A stretch of DNA of 41,850 bases from IMG/VR virus record IMGVR_UViG_3300045988_136506; one strand, given 5' to 3'. Positions 34,170-41,850 of this stretch are shown here, in pieces. The notes under the pieces are model-generated. The model was not told the DNA's origin. It saw only the letters and a program-made list of their open reading frames with translations, and made no database searches. Origin of the DNA: a virus. Each line of letters starts with the position of its first letter. The first letter of the stretch is position 1. A program made the translations under genes and the position numbers.

Positions 34170-35190
34170 TATTCCACCTCTTGCTTGTAAAACTTTCTAT
34201 AAACTCTATATTGCCTTTTAAGCCATCTACTTTACTTCCATAAACTAAAATCTTACTAGGCTTTAGAGTTTCAATCATTGTGTTATATTCACGCTTGAAA
34301 TAGTCTTTTAATTCTTGTGAATTAGTCCACATACTTGATATAGCAACTATTCCACCTTTAGGTTCACCCTCTAAATAAAACTCTAGTGAGCGTTCATCCG
34401 TTGAAGCTTTAATACACGGTATTATATTTACTCCACGTTCTTGTAAATATTTAGCTACCCAATGTTTACGATAATGATTAAATATTTGAGTTGCCAATGG
34501 CATATCACCATAAGGACTAAAATCTGGTGCAATTACTGCGCCATATTCACTTAGCTTCTTTACATATGCATCTGGATTGTTCCAAATTCTTATAAACTGG
34601 TAATCATCAATAAAGAAATGTACACCCTTATTTTTACTAGGTGCTTTATCGGATAGTACATAATTAAATCCTATCCACTCGGTTATATCAGGTATGCTAT
34701 AGACTGGCTCTAATGGTGGTATATCATATTTGCCCACTCCTGGGAATTGAGCTATCTCTAAGTTTAAAATATTAGCAACTCGCTTTTGAGTCTTACTTTG
34801 TTCCTCTTTATGTTCCTCTTCTTCATCCACAAATTCAAAACCAAATTGTCCCATATCAATATTGATATCTTCCAATTCTAGTTCTATCATATCCCAATCA
34901 AACTCGGATTCGGCTACTTTATTATGAGCTAAAGTATATGCTTTTCTTTGTTCATCGGTGAGATTATCCAAGCGGATGCAAGGGACTTCAGTCATGCCTA
35001 ACTTTTTACAAGCTAGATATCTACCGTGTCCCTCAACGATTATATTGTCTTTCCCCCATATGCCTATTGGATCATTCATTCCAAATTCCCTAATTGAGTT
35101 CATAATCTCTTCAACTTGCTTCTTAGGGTGTTTCTTGGCGTTATTCTTATAAGGGGTTAATTTTTCAATGCTTATATTTTCAATTTTCAT
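34162..35190 (-). CDS. ParB/Srx N-terminal nuclease-like domain fused to a C-terminal DUF4417-like domain
   Basis: N-terminal ~95 aa (KLTPYKNNAKKHPKKQVEEIMNSIREFGMNDPIGIW...EGHGRYLACKKLG) are closely similar to the N-terminus of the ParB-MTase at 40230..41411. 342 aa. Confidence 0.6.
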   Translation of the reverse strand: MKIENISIEKLTPYKNNAKKHPKKQVEEIMNSIREFGMNDPIGIWGKDNIIVEGHGRYLACKKLGMTEVPCIRLDNLTDEQRKAYTLAHNKVAESEFDWDMIELELEDINIDMGQFGFEFVDEEEEHKEEQSKTQKRVANILNLEIAQFPGVGKYDIPPLEPVYSIPDITEWIGFNYVLSDKAPSKNKGVHFFIDDYQFIRIWNNPDAYVKKLSEYGAVIAPDFSPYGDMPLATQIFNHYRKHWVAKYLQERGVNIIPCIKASTDERSLEFYLEGEPKGGIVAISSMWTNSQELKDYFKREYNTMIETLKPSKILVYGSKVDGLKGNIEFIESFTSKRWNNG

Positions 35191-35224
35191 CAGTTAGTCA
35201 CCACTTACTTACTTTTTACTTACT

Positions 35225-35274
35225 TACTTAAGAATGTAAAAGACTGAACACAAAGGAGGTACAAAAACATCAGT
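35225..35274. repeat. perfect 14-bp inverted repeat (ATGTAAAAGACTGA / TCAGTCTTTTACAT) with a 22-nt loop containing AAGGAGG, in the late-operon leader
   Basis: Read directly. In the minus-strand late transcript the loop carries CCUCCUUU. It is flanked at 35206-35232 by (ACTTACTT)n repeats. Confidence 0.6.
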
Positions 35275-35345
35275 CTTTTACATGTCAAGAAAGGAGGTTG
35301 TAAGAGCACCTTAACTCTTACTACTAAATTATATATTTTTTATTA

Positions 35346-35374
35346 AAATTATACAATATCAACAAATATCAACT
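35346..35374 (-). promoter_or_regulatory. putative activator-dependent late promoter: tandem TTGATATT(T)G direct repeats immediately upstream of TATAAT, no -35
   Basis: Minus-strand read: TTGATATTTG TTGATATTG TATAAT. It lies just downstream of the ArpU terminator and upstream of the packaging operon. Confidence 0.45.
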
Positions 35375-35375
35375 T

Positions 35376-35407
35376 TTATAAACAAAAAGACTAGGAATAA
35401 GTCCTAG
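35376..35407 (-). terminator. rho-independent terminator after the ArpU-like gene
   Basis: CTAGGA-ataag-TCCTAG, followed on the minus strand by TCTTTTTGTTTAT. It overlaps the ArpU stop codon. Confidence 0.5.
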
Positions 35408-35706
35408 CCTTGGTTATAAATATTCAATAATTCTTCCATGCCTTTAGTATGTAACTTGTTGATCCACTGATATGACATTTTCATTCTCTTAGCCACTTCT
35501 GTGAAACTATAGCCGTTTATGTACCTCAACATCATACACATTCTAGCCCCCTTATGAGTAATCTTGTTAATGTTAATTCTAAGTGACATCACACGCTCAG
35601 TTAAATCATTCAAATTAACATCATCATTCAAATCCTTAAGTGAATCAGAATAAACTTCATAGGTCAACGCATCATCCAATAATCTCTTCAATTCTTCATC
35701 TGTCAT
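35404..35706 (-). CDS. ArpU/RinA-family late transcriptional activator (sigma-70 region-4-like)
   Basis: 100 aa from MTDEELK, with GGAGGA 6 nt upstream. The C-terminal HTH YINGYSFTEVAKRMKMSYQWINKLHTKG resembles sigma region 4. It lies immediately upstream of the packaging operon. Confidence 0.6.
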   Translation of the reverse strand: MTDEELKRLLDDALTYEVYSDSLKDLNDDVNLNDLTERVMSLRININKITHKGARMCMMLRYINGYSFTEVAKRMKMSYQWINKLHTKGMEELLNIYNQG

Positions 35707-35738
35707 TGCTGTTCCTCCTGGTATCAAAAAATCAAAAA

Positions 35739-36035
35739 GGTAAGAGGTAAGGGTTACTATATATATATTCTTTTATATTTTATATTTTTACTATTTTTTC
35801 TTAATTTTTATATATTTTTATATATTTTTTACTAAATATAAAAGAAATTTGCCTTTGAACTCCAACCCTTACCTTTTTGTTAAAAAACCTAGTATTTAAG
35901 GCGTTTTTTGAGGTAAGGGTTTGTCTATTTAACCCTTACCAACTATTACCCAACCCTTACCTTTTTAACAATTTTTAGGTAAGAGGTAAGTGTTCAGGTA
36001 AGTGTCGGTAAGTGTTTATTCAACGAACCCTTACC
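35739..36035. repeat. repeat region B: 12 copies of the GGTAAG(G/A/T)GTT decamer in both orientations around an AT-rich core; homologous to region A
   Basis: Forward copies at 35739, 35746, 35912, 35978, 35985, 35997 and 36007. Reverse copies at 35864, 35931, 35941 (degenerate), 35952 and 36026. It shares the 17-mer GGTAAGAGGTAAG(T/G)GTT and the GGTAAGGGTT-9nt-AACCCTTACC inverted pair with region A. The AT-rich core is 35760-35860. Confidence 0.8.
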
Positions 36036-36045
36036 GCTAAAAGTG

Positions 36046-36240
36046 CTATATTTTTGTTATATTTGTGAATGTAACTTCGACACCAAATAACTCTTTCATA
36101 TTCTTTTTATAGTAGTCTCTTAATAATAAATGTTCACCTGTTTTTAAATTAAAAAGCTCTTCCTTTTCCCACTTTGAATTAGGAATTCTATTAGCTAATG
36201 TTGATATAAAATCAATCAGTTTTACGTTGTGATCATCCAT
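36046..36240 (-). CDS. hypothetical protein
   Basis: 64-aa ORF. Confidence 0.35.
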   Translation of the reverse strand: MDDHNVKLIDFISTLANRIPNSKWEKEELFNLKTGEHLLLRDYYKKNMKELFGVEVTFTNITKI

Positions 36241-36241
36241 T

Positions 36242-36418
36242 TTATAAATAACTCCATAACATAATAAATACTATTTCAAAAAATATAGATGGTAATAATT
36301 GTAATCCACCTATAGCGACTACATCATCGTCAAAGTAATAGTGTCTTACAAATATGTATAGAATAAAAAGTAATTCTATAGATTGCATTATTGTTGCCAT
36401 AATAACTAAATATTTCAT
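36242..36418 (-). CDS. small two-TM membrane protein (58 aa, MKYLVIMATIMQSIELLFILYIFV...)
   Basis: Hand translation. It is below the track threshold and abuts the downstream ORF. Confidence 0.3.
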   Translation of the reverse strand: MKYLVIMATIMQSIELLFILYIFVRHYYFDDDVVAIGGLQLLPSIFFEIVFIMLWSYL

Positions 36419-36459
36419 AACATGATATATCCTTTCTTCAATTTAATATTCTAATAAGT

Positions 36460-38364
36460 TCATTTTAAAAACACACTGTATACCTTTCCATCAATTTTCT
36501 TTTGTGTAGTTTTGAGTTCAAACACCTTGCATAATCTCTTACTGAAGCTGAACTTATTAAGGGCTGACTGACTACTAGTAAGTGAACTAGTATATCTCAG
36601 ATAAACTTCTTGAGATGTTTTGTTTTCAAAGTCTTCAGCATTTAAGCCATTAATAAATTGTAAGAAGTTATCATTCTCTATTTCATAATCTTTTAATTGT
36701 TCAACACATTTATCTGATTCAGTAAAAGCATTATGTTCAAGAACTCTCTTTAGTCCCTCAATACCAATTTTAATAAAGTATTCCAAGCATTGTTCTTCAA
36801 GTAGTTCATACTTAATAAACGGTCTATAATCTGGGTCATCCTTAGTAAACTTGGCATCACAAGGAATTATTACAAGTCTTCTAATTACTGCTCCTGTTTT
36901 ATCACGCATCTTAGGTATTTCATTAGCACTGAAAGTAAACTTAGTATAAGGGTTAAACTCGAATGGATCTAATCCCTTACGTTCAGCTTTTACTCTATCT
37001 CCAGTTACTAACTTTTTAAATATTGCAACCGTACTACCGCTTAAAAATTCATCTCCTATATCATCACCAATATTAGCTAATTTGCCACATAACATGGCTG
37101 TATTAAATCTATCTTTAAGCTCTGATATATCAAGTGCTGAAGTATTTTCATAACCCAATATGGCGTTCATAACGTTTAAGAATGTTGATTTACCGTTAGA
37201 CTTATCACCTGTAAATATAAACGCCTTACCAAGCTCATTACGCCTATAAAAGTTATATCCGATATATTCCTCGAATAAAGCTCTGACTTGGCTGTCTTGG
37301 CAAGCTATCTTATTTAAAGTTTTATCAGCAAGTTCAGAATAAGCACTTGGATTATAATCGTGTGGGATTTTATTTGTTATAACTATATCTGGTGTGTAAG
37401 GCTCTAAAGTATCTGTAACAATGTTATAAATTCCATTATTGAAAGCTATATAGTTAGCGTTGGCTACCTCTTTAACTGGTGCTATAAGCTCAAGATACTT
37501 AAGTACTTCTTTTCTTTGAGTGTCTTTTAAGTTAGGGATTAATTCAATCATAGCTTTTTGAATTTCTTCATATCCAAATTGATAATATCCATCTTTATAG
37601 ATGTGCAATGCACCATTTACTTTATAAATATGCTTCTCACTTTGCAAGTATCTAGCGAATCGGTCAAACAAAAACGTTGTTTTATCAAAAAATATTGGTT
37701 TCTCAAAAGCGCCATCTCTAAGTATTGTATCTAGCTCCGAATCGCTTAATGGTTTTTCCAAAATATACTTATTAATAATCCTTATACACTCTCTAGCTTC
37801 TTCTTTAGTAAATCCATTAGATTGTAATGTAAGAATATAATTAAATAGTTTTTGGTTTCTTCCATCTCCTTCATTGAGATTAATAAAATCATTGTTAGAA
37901 ACGTAAGAAAGCCACTTAGGACACGTATCATACTCGGCTTGCGGGTCTTTATCCCACAAGACAAAACGCTCCTTATTATCGATTTTAAGCACTTCATATG
38001 AGCTTGTACCAACTTTGATATCACTAGGTATTCCACAAGCTAGTGTTTTATCAGTAATACATTTTTTATGCACTTCATTATTTTTAAATAATAAATGTAT
38101 ACCCCCTCTTGACTCATGGATACGGCAATTAAGCTGTAAATCTTCAACTATATCAAGTAATACATCTGATATCTTTCTACCTCTAATTTTGCCGTATTTA
38201 TCATCTATATCAACTAATACAGTGTTATCATTAAGAACTCCAGCATATTCTGGTAGGTCTTTAACTTGGTCATAAGTTAATAATTCATTATTTTTAAACT
38301 TCATAGTGGATTTTTTATCTTTGGTGATAATAAATCCACGGTAGAATTCTTTTAAGTTCATCAT
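36460..38364 (-). CDS. primase-helicase (N-terminal PrimPol-like domain, C-terminal D5/P4-alpha-type SF3 helicase)
   Basis: N-terminal VLVDIDDK ... HLLF (DxD/His primase-polymerase motifs). C-terminal Walker A FIFTGDKSNGKST. The 634-aa ORF overlaps the PolB gene by 4 nt. Confidence 0.7.
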   Translation of the reverse strand: MMNLKEFYRGFIITKDKKSTMKFKNNELLTYDQVKDLPEYAGVLNDNTVLVDIDDKYGKIRGRKISDVLLDIVEDLQLNCRIHESRGGIHLLFKNNEVHKKCITDKTLACGIPSDIKVGTSSYEVLKIDNKERFVLWDKDPQAEYDTCPKWLSYVSNNDFINLNEGDGRNQKLFNYILTLQSNGFTKEEARECIRIINKYILEKPLSDSELDTILRDGAFEKPIFFDKTTFLFDRFARYLQSEKHIYKVNGALHIYKDGYYQFGYEEIQKAMIELIPNLKDTQRKEVLKYLELIAPVKEVANANYIAFNNGIYNIVTDTLEPYTPDIVITNKIPHDYNPSAYSELADKTLNKIACQDSQVRALFEEYIGYNFYRRNELGKAFIFTGDKSNGKSTFLNVMNAILGYENTSALDISELKDRFNTAMLCGKLANIGDDIGDEFLSGSTVAIFKKLVTGDRVKAERKGLDPFEFNPYTKFTFSANEIPKMRDKTGAVIRRLVIIPCDAKFTKDDPDYRPFIKYELLEEQCLEYFIKIGIEGLKRVLEHNAFTESDKCVEQLKDYEIENDNFLQFINGLNAEDFENKTSQEVYLRYTSSLTSSQSALNKFSFSKRLCKVFELKTTQKKIDGKVYSVFLK

Positions 38365-40205
38365 ATTATTACTCCAAAATCATTAAGTCTTTTCTTAGCT
38401 AAATCTATGTAATATTGTTTATCTAATCTATTTGGGATTTTGGTATTCTTAATATCTCCATTTAAGATAAACATGTGATCTGGTGTGTTAGCGAATTTCT
38501 CCAGTGTAGCATCATAGTCTTTCATCTTACCAATGTATCCATCTTCAGGATCAGTGGAAGCGAATACCCTAAATGTTTTATCATCCAAAACTTTATGAGG
38601 TTTAGATTCAACCATTGTATATTCAGCTTCAAAACATTTAGCTCGTTTAGGGCATTTATAAGGACATAACTTACCAAATTTTGAACATGTACCCCGTTCT
38701 TGGTATTTACATTTGTTAACAGTGTTACTTTCTTTTAATCCATATCCAATAGCACCTAATTTATATTTACTAGATACTCTAACTATCTTTTGGAACTGTA
38801 TTAAATCAGTACATTCATTAATAGTTTTTTCTACTGGGATATTATAAGCCATATAATTAACTAAAGCTGTATTCAATATTGGTAAGTCATTGTCTAACCT
38901 GGATGCTTCTTTAACATAAGCACCTTTACGCTCTAGCTTGTTGTCGGTATCTATAAATATATAATTGTTTACATCTTTTTGATATATTTCTTTAATATAA
39001 TCAAATCCTAATCCCATGCCAGTTCTACTTTCCCACTCATAGCAAATATCATCAACCTGGTTAAATGCATAATCAGTATCAGGAATTCTAATGATTAAAC
39101 CATCAGTGTTAGATTGTATAAGTTCAAATCCATCAATAACTTCTAACTTCTCAATTAAATCAAGTAATAGCAATTGTCCATTAATACAAACGTTATTAGC
39201 TTGTCTTGGGTCATAAGCTGTACTGTACTTATCTTTGCAGATACCATAAGTACCGTTTAAAACGATTTTATAAGGTGCTTGTTCTTTCTTCTTACCTTCT
39301 TTTTTAAGTTGAACACGCTTATCATATATTTCCTTAAACTTCTCAGGATGCTTACAATTTCTAGTTAATAAGTTATATTTAATCATTAAACTTGGATAGT
39401 AAGAAGTAACATCAACGTGGATTATTAAACCCTTGCCATGATATTTTTCTTTTGCACCGTGTAAGCCACCCCAACCAAATACATGTGGAACTCCAGCAAC
39501 AGTAGTTTCAAGATTCTTTGTGTAGTCCCCTTTATTGTTCAAGAACCAATCTTTAACATATGAATATTTGTTTAATCTAAGCGTTGGAACTATTGAGATA
39601 TCCCATTCATCATTTCTTTGTTGTGGTTCACATTCTAGGATTAAAGCACTCATTTGAGCCTTTGTTTTGGATATGTTAGATATGTTTAGATTAAATGTTT
39701 TAATTAAGTCCATAGCGCTATTAAAATCGTTTATACGCTCAATAAATACCTCTATTAAGTTATCAACATCATCTTCACAATATTTGAACGTCTCTTCTAT
39801 TTCTGTGGCTGTGAGCGGTCTTTTTATGTCGAATGGAACGGATGTCTCATGGATGTTATTGCCCATATACCCCTCAAGTTGTTTAAGTGAGTGCATGGTA
39901 GTCATTACATCATAATTTAATACTGGGAACTCTCTCATCATAGAATTGAATTGCCAACCTGATTTGCCTTTAAAGATTATCCAATCGTTCATTTTTTTAG
40001 GATTGAATCCACATAGAATTGATTTTAATATGAATTGGTCATAACTCCTTGAGTTGTAACCTACCCATATATCATTTTTATTATTTTCATAATAGTTTAA
40101 TAACACATGTATATCATTATGTATTTTAGTTGTAGTTTTGTTTTCTGGATTTTTAAGCACAACTAACCAATCATACTCAAAAGTTTCAAAGTCATAAAAT
40201 ATCAT
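38361..40205 (-). CDS. family B DNA polymerase with 3'-5' exonuclease domain
   Basis: Exo I FYDFETFE, Exo II YNSRSYDQF, Exo III YCEDDVDNL. Pol motif A DVTSYYPSL, motif B KIVLNGTYG, motif C SNTDGLII. It also has a C4 cluster, CKYQERGTCSKFGKLCPYKCPKRAKC. 614 aa. Confidence 0.75.
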   Translation of the reverse strand: MIFYDFETFEYDWLVVLKNPENKTTTKIHNDIHVLLNYYENNKNDIWVGYNSRSYDQFILKSILCGFNPKKMNDWIIFKGKSGWQFNSMMREFPVLNYDVMTTMHSLKQLEGYMGNNIHETSVPFDIKRPLTATEIEETFKYCEDDVDNLIEVFIERINDFNSAMDLIKTFNLNISNISKTKAQMSALILECEPQQRNDEWDISIVPTLRLNKYSYVKDWFLNNKGDYTKNLETTVAGVPHVFGWGGLHGAKEKYHGKGLIIHVDVTSYYPSLMIKYNLLTRNCKHPEKFKEIYDKRVQLKKEGKKKEQAPYKIVLNGTYGICKDKYSTAYDPRQANNVCINGQLLLLDLIEKLEVIDGFELIQSNTDGLIIRIPDTDYAFNQVDDICYEWESRTGMGLGFDYIKEIYQKDVNNYIFIDTDNKLERKGAYVKEASRLDNDLPILNTALVNYMAYNIPVEKTINECTDLIQFQKIVRVSSKYKLGAIGYGLKESNTVNKCKYQERGTCSKFGKLCPYKCPKRAKCFEAEYTMVESKPHKVLDDKTFRVFASTDPEDGYIGKMKDYDATLEKFANTPDHMFILNGDIKNTKIPNRLDKQYYIDLAKKRLNDFGVII

Positions 40206-40229
40206 AATGTTTTGTCCTCCTTTCTGTTA

Positions 40230-41411
40230 TTACCCATTGAGCAATACTCCTTTACTTCCTGTCATATTCTCCCAACGATTTATTATAGTATCAACGTATC
40301 TTGGATCTAATTCCATTATTCTAGCGTTACGGTCTAATTGTTCACTTACCATTAGAGTTGTACCGCTACCTCCGAATAAATCTAATACTATATCACCTTT
40401 TTTACTACTATTAAGCATGGCTTTTTCTACAAGCTCAACTGGTTTCATAGTAGGATGTAAATCATTCTTTTTGGTTCTTTTTATATCCCAGATATCAAAG
40501 TTACTTCTATCTCCATAAAAGTTGTGTTCATTAAACCAACCATATACAATAGGTTCATATTTACTCATATAATCACTATTAGATAAAGTGTGATTTCCTT
40601 TGTTCCATATTATTAAGGCTTTATATCGATTATCTAGTGTGTCTAAAGCTCTAAATATATAATCTAGTCCTAATCTATAAAAACAAACATAATAAGCCCC
40701 TTCATTAAAGTTTTTTATCATATTAAATGTATCTAGTATGAATTTATCTCCATCTTCTCGACTCATTTTATCATTTTTTATAGCACCGAACTTAGCATTA
40801 TGGCTTTTAGTTCCATCACCATGAACATTACCTTCAAATCCCATTAAATAAGGTGGGTCAGTAAATACCATATGTGATTTTTCACCATTCATTAGTTTCT
40901 CAACATCATTAATATCCGTACTATCTCCACACATCAAACGGTGGTTTCCTAGCTGGTATATATCACCGTATTTAGCTTTGGGTTCTTCTGGAACTTCAGG
41001 TACTTCATCTTCTATCACTTTTGGTTCTTCTTCATCAATTGACAAATCGAATCCAAAATCCATCATATCTATATCAACAATAGAATTTAATTCTTCAGCT
41101 AATATTTCAAAGTCCCATTCACTCTCAGCACTTTTATTGTGAGCTAGTGTGTAGGCTTTCCTTTGTTCTTCACTCAGATGATCCAATCTGATTATTGGGG
41201 CTTCTTTATAACCCAATTTCTTTAAAGCCATTAATCTTCCATGACCTTCAATTATTAAGTTATCTTCTCCCCAAACTCCTATTGGGTCGCACATCCCAAA
41301 TTCTTTTATGCTGTTTGCTATTCTTTTAACTTGTTCTTTAGGATGCTTTTTTGCATTTTTATGGTATTTCTTTAAATCATTGATATTTACATATTCAATT
41401 TTTAAATTCAT
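40230..41411 (-). CDS. ParB/Srx N-domain fused to a beta-class N6-adenine/N4-cytosine DNA methyltransferase
   Basis: ParB N-terminus (HPKEQVKRIANSIKEFGMCDPIGVW...EGHGRLMALKKLG). MTase motif IV FTDPPY comes before motif I DLFGGSGTT, the beta-class order. 393 aa. Confidence 0.75.
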   Translation of the reverse strand: MNLKIEYVNINDLKKYHKNAKKHPKEQVKRIANSIKEFGMCDPIGVWGEDNLIIEGHGRLMALKKLGYKEAPIIRLDHLSEEQRKAYTLAHNKSAESEWDFEILAEELNSIVDIDMMDFGFDLSIDEEEPKVIEDEVPEVPEEPKAKYGDIYQLGNHRLMCGDSTDINDVEKLMNGEKSHMVFTDPPYLMGFEGNVHGDGTKSHNAKFGAIKNDKMSREDGDKFILDTFNMIKNFNEGAYYVCFYRLGLDYIFRALDTLDNRYKALIIWNKGNHTLSNSDYMSKYEPIVYGWFNEHNFYGDRSNFDIWDIKRTKKNDLHPTMKPVELVEKAMLNSSKKGDIVLDLFGGSGTTLMVSEQLDRNARIMELDPRYVDTIINRWENMTGSKGVLLNG

Positions 41412-41483
41412 AAGATAAAAACTCCTTGTGTTTGTATTTTTATATAAATAAGGGCTAGAGTTATTCTAACCCTTATAATTTAA

Positions 41484-41850
41484 TTATTTGTTTTCTTTTT
41501 CAACAATCTCCTTAGATTCTTCTTGAAGAATAGGTTCGTGAACTTCTTTGATTTCTTCTTCAGTCAATTTAAAATCAAATAGTTTAATTACTTTTTCAAA
41601 GAACATTCTATATTCATACTCTTCGATAACCTTTGGCATATTTAATTCTTTAAGTCTTAAGATTCTTTTAGCGTATATTTCCAATAAACCATATCTATCG
41701 TAAGCCTTAAGTAAATTTGATTGAACGTTATTAAAATCTGCTTCATAAAGTTCTATATCTTCTTTAGGAATTGCATCCATCATATTCCAGATTGATTCAT
41801 ATCCTGGAACTGTCATGCAGTAATATTCATAAACCTTTTGCTTTTTTTCA
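41484..41850 (-). CDS. hypothetical protein; C-terminal 110+ aa of the wrap-around ORF, whose true start lies beyond the window end at the position equivalent to 190
   Basis: Track ORF 41484..41816. Positions 41817-41850 are identical to 86-119 and continue the reading frame upstream (see feature 1..190). Confidence 0.5.
   Translation of the reverse strand, partial: EKKQKVYEYYCMTVPGYESIWNMMDAIPKEDIELYEADFNNVQSNLLKAYDRYGLLEIYAKRILRLKELNMPKVIEEYEYRMFFEKVIKLFDFKLTEEEIKEVHEPILQEESKEIVEKENK
41732..41850. repeat. 119-bp exact terminal repeat of positions 1-119, marking the closure of a circular/permuted 41,731-bp genome
   Basis: Compared directly: taaaatctgcttcataaagttctatatcttctttaggaattgcatcc... 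is identical at both window ends. Confidence 0.9.

Noticed and set aside
35272-35304. 10-aa ORF starting at the ATG embedded in the 14-bp inverted repeat
   Set aside because: It is on the strand opposite to late transcription and is too short. The feature is treated as an RNA or DNA structure, not a gene.
1-41850. An alternative genetic code (Mollicutes, TGA=Trp), suggested by the absence of TGA stops among about 20 stop codons checked and by the missing endolysin
   Set aside because: Long ORFs of 600-700 aa are intact under the standard code, and Trp codons in conserved motifs are TGG. TAA/TAG dominance is normal for AT-rich Firmicutes. There is no evidence for recoding.
1-41850. tRNA, rRNA or tmRNA genes
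   Set aside because: No cloverleaf-like, GC-rich structured segments were seen. All large intergenic regions are AT-rich regulatory DNA.

Overview
The window is a complete, circularly closed genome of about 41.7 kb from a temperate siphovirus-type phage of a low-GC Gram-positive host. It is strongly AT-rich, by eye roughly 30% G+C; this was not computed. The first 119 bp (1-119) are repeated exactly at 41732-41850, so one replicon is 41,731 bp and a single ORF is split across the window ends. Gene order is almost collinear: about 85% of coding sequence lies on the minus strand. A lambda-like switch sits at ~6.37-6.42 kb. A long leftward arm runs from the switch, around the window end, to ~12.9 kb. 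It encodes a Cro-like HTH protein, an Xis-like HTH protein, an SNF2 ATPase, a VRR-NUC nuclease, a Cas4-like nuclease fused to an AAA_24 ATPase, a ParB-MTase fusion, a family-B DNA polymerase, a PrimPol/D5-type primase-helicase, an ArpU/RinA-like late activator, a ParB-DUF4417-like protein, two ADP-ribosyltransferase-like proteins, TerS, TerL, portal and MuF. After MuF comes a four-gene block encoding a Kelch beta-propeller protein, a beta-helix protein and two other large proteins, then scaffold, MCP and connectors. The tail module follows: major tail protein, a -1 frameshifted chaperone, tape measure, Dit and Tal. The arm ends with XhlA-like and holin-like genes; no recognisable endolysin is present. 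A short rightward arm from the switch carries a CI-like repressor and a tyrosine integrase. Downstream of the integrase is a self-contained five-gene operon with its own consensus promoter and terminator: two unknown proteins, an SNF2-like ATPase, an IbrA-like PAPS-reductase-family protein and an IbrB/ParB-like protein. The least-explained features are two homologous ~300-370 bp regions, 6936-7304 upstream of int and 35739-36035 upstream of the late activator. Each carries 12-14 copies of a GGTAAGNGTT decamer in both orientations around an AT-rich core. Further copies of this motif are scattered in other regulatory leaders. Other standouts are the integrase-adjacent ParB/PAPS-reductase/SNF2 operon, a tandem pair of ADP-ribosyltransferase-like genes with shared N-termini and coupled Lys-rich micro-ORFs, and the adhesin-like genes inside the head module. 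There are no rRNA or tRNA genes and no CRISPR array.
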